A DNA stretch of 64,000 bases, taken from Candidatus Bathyarchaeota archaeon (GTDB lineage: Archaea > Thermoproteota > Bathyarchaeia > 40CM-2-53-6). Under the pieces are notes generated by a model. It saw nothing but the letters and a program-made list of their open reading frames with translations. It did no database searches and was not told the DNA's origin. The DNA is taken from NCBI GenBank assembly GCA_963733055.1, contig CAVTBR010000001.1, forward strand, positions 896,001 through 960,000. The letters run 5' to 3'. Positions 28,878 through 35,976 of the stretch are shown one piece after another (within the stretch, counting starts at the first letter, position 1; every line of letters begins with the position of its first letter). A program made the translations under genes and the position numbers.

Positions 28878-30202
28878 AGAAAGCCATCCGTGAACTCACC
28901 GAAATCTACCTCCAAGCCCTCACCGACGAAGTTGAGTTCGCTAGGAAGATCCTAGACTTCAACCCCTTCCCCTACCAAGAAGAATTCCTACGCGACCGAT
29001 CCCCGTTGATTGTAGCGTGTTGCGGCAGGCAGGTTGGAAAAACCACCCTAACCGCCATCAAAGCCCTCCACTACGCCCTATCCCAAGACACCACCCGAGT
29101 GCTGATCGTAAGTGCCGGACTAAGACAATCCAAGATATTATTCAACAAAATCCTAGGATACATCGACACCTCCCTACCCCCCAAAGTGTTGACCACCAAG
29201 AAAACCAGCACCCAGGTCAGGTTCGCGAACGGCTCCGAAATAGTAGCCCTACCCTGCGGCCATGATGGGGTAAGCCTCCGCGGCTACACGAGCGACCTCG
29301 CCATAGTCGACGAAGCCAACTTCATGCCCCCCATCGTCATAGACTCCGTCATCAGACCAACAACAATAACCCGACCAGACGCCCGAATCATTATGGTCTC
29401 AACCCCCTGGACCAGAAACCACCCATTCTACGACGCCCTAACCAAACCCGACCAAGGCTTCAAAGCCTACACCTGGCCAAGTTCAATGAACCCGCTAACC
29501 ACAAAGGAGAAACTTGAAGTTGAAAGGAAGACGATTGGAGAGTATGATTTCAACCGCGAATACAACGCCAACTTCCTCGACGACCAATTCAGCTACTTCC
29601 CAAGCAAACTCATCCTAACCTGCACCGACGACTACACCCTCACCGATCAATCCCAAATCAAGTATACACCCAAAGGCAAATACTATGTTGGCATAGATTT
29701 CGGCAAACACGTCGACCACACAGCCATCGCCATAGTAGAAGAACAGAACGACCACTCCCTCCGACTAGTTTACCTCCAAGAACTCCCACTGGAAACCCCC
29801 TACACCACCGCAATAGAAACCATCCACACATTACAAGCCGCCTACCAATTCAGAGGCGGACGCCTCGACCAAACTGGAGTCGGGGAGGCGCCCTTTGAAG
29901 AAATAAGAAAATTCGCCCCAACCATCCAAGGCATCAAATTCACCGCCCCCATCAAAGAAAACATCCTCAGCAAACTACTACTCAAAATGGAACACCACGA
30001 AATCACAATACCCAGAGAACCACAACGCCTCCTCACACAACTAACCCAACAACGCTGCGAACCAACCCAGAGCGGGAACCTGAAGTTCTCGCACCCGGAG
30101 GGAACCCACGACGACCTCGCCTGGGCATTCGCCCTAGCCGTATACGCATACCCAGGAAACCTAGACTGGATGGGCACAGTAATCGGCGTACCCCATTCCT
30201 AG
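28865..30202 (+). CDS. terL: Phage-type terminase large subunit (ATPase + RNase H-like nuclease); ORF open from 28730, likely TTG start 28865
   Basis: PYQ adenine motif, Walker A CGRQVGKTT, LRG, Walker B LAIVDEA, coupling STP, REY.A.F, nuclease VGIDFG, DQTGVG, HDDLAWA. Confidence 0.9.
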   Translation: MGDLEKAIRELTEIYLQALTDEVEFARKILDFNPFPYQEEFLRDRSPLIVACCGRQVGKTTLTAIKALHYALSQDTTRVLIVSAGLRQSKILFNKILGYIDTSLPPKVLTTKKTSTQVRFANGSEIVALPCGHDGVSLRGYTSDLAIVDEANFMPPIVIDSVIRPTTITRPDARIIMVSTPWTRNHPFYDALTKPDQGFKAYTWPSSMNPLTTKEKLEVERKTIGEYDFNREYNANFLDDQFSYFPSKLILTCTDDYTLTDQSQIKYTPKGKYYVGIDFGKHVDHTAIAIVEEQNDHSLRLVYLQELPLETPYTTAIETIHTLQAAYQFRGGRLDQTGVGEAPFEEIRKFAPTIQGIKFTAPIKENILSKLLLKMEHHEITIPREPQRLLTQLTQQRCEPTQSGNLKFSHPEGTHDDLAWAFALAVYAYPGNLDWMGTVIGVPHS

Positions 30203-30278
30203 ACTGAAGACAGAGGAGCATTGGCAAGCAGCGGCGTAAGCGAGAAGCCCCCGGCCCCTTGGCGTAAGAGGAGGCCAC

Positions 30279-30324
30279 GTAAGGAATCCTTACTTACTAG
30301 AACATTACTAGAAGCCTTACTAGA
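30279..30324. promoter_or_regulatory. Candidate operator: palindrome GTAAGGA-A-TCCTTAC plus three TTACTAGA direct repeats
   Basis: Inverted repeat at 30279-30293; repeats at 30294, 30305 and 30317, directly upstream of the AbrB antitoxin. Confidence 0.55.
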
Positions 30325-30335
30325 GGCATATTTCG

Positions 30336-30632
30336 GTGGCGGCAAGCCAAGTCGTGAAAATAACTTCAAAGGGACAGTTTACGCTTCCAGTTGAAATACG
30401 GAGAGAACTGTCACTGGGCAAAGACAGCCACGTCTATGTTACGAAACTGGGGCGACTCATTGTAATCAAGAAGGTTGAGGAATTGTCCTTGGATGACATC
30501 TCAGCCATCCTCGAACCCCTTGCGAAAAGAAACGGCCTCACGCGCAGGATACTCATGGAAGATATTGAGAAGGCAAGGGAGAAAATGCTTGGAGAGAAAC
30601 AAGGCAAAGCCCACCCCCACCGTTCTCATTGA
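30336..30632 (+). CDS. AbrB/MazE/SpoVT-family antitoxin
   Basis: KITSKGQFTLPVEIRRELSL. Confidence 0.88.
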   Translation: MAASQVVKITSKGQFTLPVEIRRELSLGKDSHVYVTKLGRLIVIKKVEELSLDDISAILEPLAKRNGLTRRILMEDIEKAREKMLGEKQGKAHPHRSH

Positions 30633-31044
30633 CACAAACATCCTCGTTTCCGGCCTAGTATTCCTTGACGGTAATGAGCATCGAATACTCAAACTTGCAG
30701 AAGACAAAGCCATAACCCTCGTCCTACCTGACTTCGTACTGAAAGAAGCGAGGGCCGTCCTAAGCCGCCGCTTCCCAGGCCATGAAATATTCCAAGATGC
30801 GTTTCTTCTGCGAGTGAAGCACACCATAGTTCCTTGGAACCGAATCGAACAAGACATCCCCATCCACCGGAGCGAGGTCAGAGACGCAAAGGACGTAGCA
30901 GTGCTGACCTCGATAATTCTAGCCAAACCCGATTTCGCAATAACAGGAGACAAGACTCTAAGAGAGGACATAAAGCACTGCCACGACGCTCAGACCACAA
31001 CTCTTTGCTCTTCAAATGAACTCCTAAAGAAAATCGCGAAATGA
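30589..31044 (+). CDS. PIN-domain toxin (VapC-like); ORF open from 30475
   Basis: VLIDTNILVSG, L.E, RDAKD..VL, ITGDK. Confidence 0.87.
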   Translation: MERNKAKPTPTVLIDTNILVSGLVFLDGNEHRILKLAEDKAITLVLPDFVLKEARAVLSRRFPGHEIFQDAFLLRVKHTIVPWNRIEQDIPIHRSEVRDAKDVAVLTSIILAKPDFAITGDKTLREDIKHCHDAQTTTLCSSNELLKKIAK

Positions 31045-31125
31045 GCTTAGCATACACGGACACCCTTCCCTGGAACTCTTCATGAGCACCCCTATGGACG
31101 GCTACTACATCGACCTCGGTTCCGC

Positions 31126-31256
31126 AAGATTCTTCGCGGCGCCGTGGCGATTTCGCGAGAGGATGGCGCCTAGGATTTTCGATACGAAACTTAGTCTGGT
31201 GCAGAAAGCATCTTTAGTTCCAGCGTGAAACTTGAAGAGGAAGGCGCGATCCTCAA
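31126..31256 (-). pseudogene. Collapsed flippase remnant: copy of the wzx 3' end fused to a copy of the wzx start/upstream region (repeat A)
   Basis: 31159-31202 matches 32881-32924 (40/44) and the wzx tail; 31199-31256 matches 35327-35384 (48/58); junction at GTGC microhomology. Confidence 0.8.
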
Positions 31257-31269
31257 GAAGTTCAATCCC

Positions 31270-31299
31270 TTAAATACATGTCATACATGTTATACGTAC
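31270..31299 (+). promoter_or_regulatory. TATA-like TTAAATA with ATACATGT direct repeats (31274, 31283); probable leaderless, autoregulated TA promoter
   Basis: Within 30 bp upstream of ATG 31300. Confidence 0.5.
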
Positions 31300-31509
31300 A
31301 TGACAGAAGCTGTGTCCGTTAGACTTCCAGAGGATACGGCCAGACGACTAGAAGAACTGGCCCAAGTACTTGAACGTCCGAAGACCTACATTGTCACGAA
31401 GGCTCTGCAGGAATATCTGGAAGAGTACGAGGATTACCTGATTGCAATGCACAGGTTAAACAACAAAGCCGATAAAGTGATCTCAGAGAAAGAACTGGTC
31501 AAGAGTTGA
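31300..31509 (+). CDS. RelB/CopG-type RHH antitoxin
   Basis: VSVRLPED...RLEELA...ERPKTYIV..AL.EYLE..ED. Confidence 0.88.
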   Translation: MTEAVSVRLPEDTARRLEELAQVLERPKTYIVTKALQEYLEEYEDYLIAMHRLNNKADKVISEKELVKS

Positions 31510-31760
31510 CCAGTAACATTTTCTACAAATCTTCCGTCCGCCACGACCTCAAGAAGATTGACCCGAAGAACCTGACGAGAATACTTCGTGAGATAAGAGA
31601 GGTATTGGGAAATAACCCTCATGCAGGCGAAGCATTACGTGGAGAGTTCAAGGGACTATACAAGCTACGCGTCGGTGACTACCGGGTTATCTATGCTCTC
31701 ATAAGTCAAGGGGTGCTTGTGCTGAGAATTAGGTACAGAAGTAAGGCCTACGACTCCTGA
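31506..31760 (+). CDS. relE: RelE/ParE-family toxin
   Basis: DLKKID, NPH.GE.L.G, LYKLRVGDYRVIY, R..AY. Confidence 0.9.
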   Translation: MTSNIFYKSSVRHDLKKIDPKNLTRILREIREVLGNNPHAGEALRGEFKGLYKLRVGDYRVIYALISQGVLVLRIRYRSKAYDS

Positions 31761-31786
31761 GGACGATAGGTACGGTGATTGGTAGC

Positions 31787-32011
31787 TTAGACGGTGACGG
31801 TAATTAGTTCCAACTTGTCCGGTTTCTGTGCCTCGGCACGCGTGTTAAGTTCTTCAAGCACTAACTCGATCGCTTCCCTGATGTTCGAAAGCGCGTGCTC
31901 AGTTTCCCCCTGGCTTATGGCCGCAGGTAACTCAACACACCTAACCGAGTACGCTCCCGTATCCTCCTTCTTGAGGGCAACAGTAAACGTGAGACTCTTC
32001 GACAAGACCAT
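31787..32011 (-). CDS. HicB-family antitoxin (short form; no hicA partner seen)
   Basis: Y.V.C.ELP.AISQGET..AL.NIREAIEL. Confidence 0.85.
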   Translation of the reverse strand: MVLSKSLTFTVALKKEDTGAYSVRCVELPAAISQGETEHALSNIREAIELVLEELNTRAEAQKPDKLELITVTV

Positions 32012-32079
32012 TCACACGCCTCATGTCAGTTAGTGCCTTTTAGGTTTCTCCTCAGAAAGTTACGCACCGAGTTTTCGTT

Positions 32080-32129
32080 CGTTTCGGATCCCCTTACAGG
32101 CGCGTTACTTTGCGATGCGGATGGCGCCT
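32080..32129. repeat. Degenerate copy of the wzx 3' end and downstream flank (repeat B)
   Basis: 32100-32129 vs 33759-33788 = 26/30; keeps an in-frame minus-strand stop (TAA in place of TAG). Confidence 0.75.
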
Positions 32130-32197
32130 CTTCTATTTGAACCGGCGAATATCGTCGAGTCAAACAATGCCTTTGAGAGGTATGCCTTTTATGGTGT

Positions 32198-32218
32198 TTC
32201 CCACTTAATCAGTGGGAA
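32198..32218. promoter_or_regulatory. Inverted repeat TTCCCACT-N5-AGTGGGAA, candidate AbrB operator
   Basis: Perfect 8-bp arms between a TTTTAT box (32187) and ATG 32224. Confidence 0.55.
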
Positions 32219-32223
32219 TACGT

Positions 32224-32460
32224 ATGACCCAGACTGTTGTAGATCAACGTGGTAGAGTACTCATTCCCGAGGATGTGAGGGAAGACTCTGGGCTTGATGA
32301 GGGAACCGTCGTTAAGGTGGAGACTCAAGACGAGGGAATACTGATCAAACCCATTCGGAAAGCTAAGAGATCTTGGAAGCAGCTTTGCGGAATAACACCC
32401 ACCAGGACCGGTAAACCCGAGTGGCCAACACCAGAAGAGATCAAAAACATCTGGCGTTAG
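32224..32460 (+). CDS. AbrB/MazE/SpoVT-family antitoxin (VapB-like)
   Basis: VDQRGRVLIPEDVRE..GL.EG......GILIKP. Confidence 0.88.
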   Translation: MTQTVVDQRGRVLIPEDVREDSGLDEGTVVKVETQDEGILIKPIRKAKRSWKQLCGITPTRTGKPEWPTPEEIKNIWR

Positions 32461-32855
32461 ACTCAAACGTCCTAGTCGCGTACCTCGACCTAGAGCACCC
32501 TCAACACAGCAAAGTAAGATCACTGGCTTCTCGTAGGGTTGCGTTGAATCCGACGGTTGTGCATGAAAGTTACCATACCCTAGTGTTCAAGATGAAATGG
32601 CCATCAAACGAAGCCGCGGAAGTACTGAGAGAGATGCTTGATGACAACCACGTACTATTCCTAAATCAAACTAAAGACACAACCAAGACCGGCTTGAAGT
32701 TCGCAGAACAGTATGGGCTCGGTGGGAGAGACGCCTTAATTTTAGCGAACTTTGTCAACCCTTCTATTTCAGAGTTCGTAACATTCGATAAAGAGCTGAT
32801 TCGGCTACGTAGAGTAGAACATGGCCGCCGCAAGATAACGATACGTGCCACGTAA
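32421..32855 (+). CDS. vapC: VapC-family PIN toxin
   Basis: LDSNVLVA, VVHE, RDALI.A, TFDKEL. Confidence 0.88.
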   Translation: MANTRRDQKHLALDSNVLVAYLDLEHPQHSKVRSLASRRVALNPTVVHESYHTLVFKMKWPSNEAAEVLREMLDDNHVLFLNQTKDTTKTGLKFAEQYGLGGRDALILANFVNPSISEFVTFDKELIRLRRVEHGRRKITIRAT

Positions 32856-32867
32856 CTCGCTAACGTG

Positions 32868-32955
32868 GCTACTTTGCGACGAGGATGAGGCCTAGGATTT
32901 TCGAAACGAAACCTAGTCTGGTGCCTAGGAATTTGTGTATGAGTTCAATATCATG
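32868..32955. repeat. 88-bp copy of the wzx 3' end (repeat C)
   Basis: 75/88 identical to 33763-33850 with no indels; 21-bp identical end GTGTATGAGTTCAATATCATG. Confidence 0.92.
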
Positions 32956-32974
32956 TAGGCCAGACAGGAGGTGC

Positions 32975-33658
32975 TCAAATCAGAAGGTGGAGAGTCACGA
33001 GCATAATCTGTATACAGTGCGCTCTTCCCCGCGATAGAGGTGAGGGCCAGTGACTCTTACCCCCCTGTCGTGCCCTAATGGTAATAGGGACCTCGACGAT
33101 TCTTGCCCCATGTTCTCGCGCCTCAAGGGCAAGACTACCGCATAGGCAATGCCCCCAAAGTTTGACGCTGTGCGCCAGGTCTAATCGAAAAGCCCGGTAA
33201 CCCGACCCTACATCCTCACACCTTACACGTAACCAAGTAAGTGACGATATGATTCTCTCTGAGAAGGGGCGGCTGAGCGCTCTTCTTCCAAGAACTAGGT
33301 CAGCGTAGCCATGAATGATTGGATTTGCCAAGACTGGTATTTCAGATGGGTCATGTTGTCCGTCACCATCAAGCGTTACAACTATTTCTTTGGATGCCAA
33401 CCGTAGACCGATCTCAGTGCTCCTCACAATCCCAAGCCGAATCGCATTTCGGGTGACCTTTGCGCCAGCACGCCTCGCGACCTCAGAAGTCAGATCACTA
33501 CTTGCATCATCGACGACGATAACTTCGTCACAGTAACGCTTGCACCCTTCCACAACTTCACCGATCGTGCTCTGTTCGTTGTTCGCTGGAATTACTGCAG
33601 AGATCTTCAAACCCGTTCCACTTCTTCCAGCCAGATCTCGGCGAAACCCTCCAGCCAT
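32975..33658 (-). CDS. Glycosyltransferase family 2 (DPM synthase-like)
   Basis: VIPANNE, VVDDASSD, LDGDGQHDP, SGYRAF, EVPI. Confidence 0.9.
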   Translation of the reverse strand: MAGGFRRDLAGRSGTGLKISAVIPANNEQSTIGEVVEGCKRYCDEVIVVDDASSDLTSEVARRAGAKVTRNAIRLGIVRSTEIGLRLASKEIVVTLDGDGQHDPSEIPVLANPIIHGYADLVLGRRALSRPFSERIISSLTWLRVRCEDVGSGYRAFRLDLAHSVKLWGHCLCGSLALEAREHGARIVEVPITIRARQGGKSHWPSPLSRGRAHCIQIMLVTLHLLI

Positions 33659-33763
33659 TGTAGAATCGCTAGCTCAATAGTGAAATAAAATATTTCTATA
33701 TCCAACCATTCACAAGTTTGGTAGAGCTAGGAAGCCGTTTAGGATCTTTCGTAGCGCCGCGCG

Positions 33764-35339
33764 CTACTTAGCGACGAGGATGGCGCCTAGCACTTTCGAA
33801 ACGAAACCCAACCTGGTTCCTAGATATCCGTGTATGAGTTCAATATCATGCTCCTTTACCACCTTCAGCAGCCGAAGGGCTGCTAAGTATATGATTCCGC
33901 CAAGAATTATGTATGCAGGTAGCAGAATTCTACTGTAGAAAACCATCTGTACAAGCACGAGAACTCCCGCCATCATTCCCCCCGCAGCCAAGGTTTTCCA
34001 AAACGTCGTTAGGTCAATGCTTATCGCGTTCTTCCGTTTCAAAACAATGATCCCTAAGAGAACGGAGATGACCATCGCTAGTCCGCGGTGCGATCGAAGC
34101 CCCCGTAATTCCCATGAGTGGCAGGAGTACGTACGCGGAAGCGATTGCTAATAGCGTGGACGCAATCGTGATCAACAGGGCCGTTCGAGTCTGTGATAAC
34201 GCTACTAGCATAATACCTAGAACTGAGCCGTACGCGGTGAGGGCAAAGAAGAATGACAATATCGCAAGAGAGGCGGCTCCGCCGCCATATGCTTGACCCA
34301 CAAATGTAATGAGGGCAACCTTGGCAGTCGCGAGCAAGCCGAACGAGAGAGGAACCATCACTAGACTCGCATAACGTGAAGCCAGCCACGTAGCCCTCCT
34401 GCAGCTCTCAAGCCCGCTCCGCCCATGGATATCGGAGTAGGCGGGAAGAAGGGCACTGTTTACTGAACCAGTAATGCCGGTAAGAACACCAAAGGCTGTC
34501 AAGGAAGCATTGTAGACTCCGAGAGCGGCCAGAGGTACAAACGCTATGAGTATCGCGCGATCGAACCAGCTATACACGAAGCCGATGGCGTTCTCGATGC
34601 TCAGCGGCCAAGAGAAGCTGATCAACTTCCTCACCGAAAAAGACTTCTTGGGCAGACCGAGCACGCGAAGTATCAACGCCGCATAAGCCACGAACATAGC
34701 GAGGTCTGACAAAATCCAGCCAATCACGAGACCAACCAAGTTCCGCATCAAAATAATCAGTAAAACAATCAAGCACTGTCTGAGTATGATACCGGCAGAC
34801 CCGATCGTAGCAGCCTCCTTGAACCGTTTCATTCCGAGTAATGTCCCTATGGCGACGGGGAGAGCGCCTGAGTAGACAAGAACGTCGATAGCCAAGAACC
34901 TGAACAGATCGGCTTGCGCAATTGAGCCAAGTAATCGTGACGCGATCGCGGGTGCGGCTAAGAAAACGACAGCCGTTATCGGAATTGAGAACAGGACAGT
35001 CACGCGAAGCGATTGGTAGAATACGGCTGACGCAGTCTCTCTCGAACCTGATGCTAATTCTCCTATGAATGTCGTCGCCGCCAATGTAAACGCCCCTCCG
35101 TTTAGTGTTTGAGAGAGCGCAATGATGAGGGAAAGAATAGCCAGAATCCCCACTTCGGCGGGTGTAATTAGCCGGGCTAAAATAGCGAATGCTAACGCTT
35201 GTGCGACGCTCGTGATGATTATTTGAATCGTGAGGTATGAGGCGCCGCGTGACACTGAGACTGCAGATGTTATGTTTCTGCTGGACGGACCTACCGGACC
35301 AGGCTGGGGTTCCAGGTTCGGGGTAAGTGCAGAATCCAT
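33764..35339 (-). CDS. wzx: Wzx/MOP-family oligosaccharide flippase, split by a +1 frameshift at ~34087 (ORFs 34014..35384 and 33764..34075)
   Basis: LARL..P.E.G, FSWPL, DR..L, LGVYNA, LLP.MGI.GA; deleting one C gives ...IARGLAMVIS... and a continuous ~524-aa protein. Confidence 0.85.
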
Positions 35340-35553
35340 CTTTGGTCCCAGCGTGAAACATGCAGAGGATGGCGCGGTTGTCAACTCATTATGAGTAGAT
35401 AAATCGTTGCACGCGGCATGACGATATTTGGGATCAACCCGACGCTACAAGGTTAGGAATTATGGGATATTAGCAAATGAGGAGATCCTATGTTTCCTGT
35501 TGGATGATTATGCGAAAAGAGCTATCTTCAAGCTGATAGCATTAGCGCGTAAA

Positions 35554-35811
35554 ATGAAACTTAGAACGGAAACTCGCCGCGCTCTTCTATCTACGTTATT
35601 TGTCTTTGGATTGCTTACTTGGGTCTACGTGGTTATTCTACAGATGGCACATCCAGACTGGCTGACCGGGCCACTTACTCACATCAACGCCTTCCCGTTC
35701 GACCTACGCGTCGACGTGACCGGTATGGTGGCGTTCGTGGTTTCGGCGTTGGCCTTCTTCTTCCTACAATTGACACCTAAGAGAGAAAAAGGAAGTGAAA
35801 CCGATCATTGA
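35554..35811 (+). CDS. Small two-TM membrane protein
   Basis: Two hydrophobic helices; ATG 35554. Confidence 0.55.
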   Translation: MKLRTETRRALLSTLFVFGLLTWVYVVILQMAHPDWLTGPLTHINAFPFDLRVDVTGMVAFVVSALAFFFLQLTPKREKGSETDH

Positions 35812-35894
35812 TGTACCAAAATCTGACGCGGCTGTTTGCAATTCTTAGCCCAGTTGTCTAGTGGGCAACGTATGTCCAACTTGGATAGTTTATC

Positions 35895-35903
35895 TTATAT
35901 ATA
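35895..35903 (+). promoter_or_regulatory. Archaeal TATA box (TTATATATA) of the large surface-protein gene
   Basis: About 75-80 bp upstream of the TTG start; the putative leader holds an inverted repeat CTCCGA/TCGGAG (35928-35950). Confidence 0.55.
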
Positions 35904-35976
35904 GTAGGTTCGAAAGCACGAGTTTGGCTCCGAGTTTCTATAGATCGGAGTAATTCATCTGGATGGAAGTGGTAAT

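Noticed and set aside
27083-30202. Complete provirus
   Set aside because: No portal, capsid, tail, replication or integrase genes are recognisable in the window.
31126-33850. CRISPR array or classical integron attC sites as the explanation of the repeats
   Set aside because: Spacing is 0.75-0.95 kb and copies are degenerate and of unequal length. I found no clean RYYYAAC...GTTRRRY boxes by eye, and the repeats translate as flippase C-termini.
34570-35361. 263-aa alternative-frame ORF within wzx, and similar shadow ORFs inside long genes
   Set aside because: They fully overlap well-supported genes and have non-protein-like composition.
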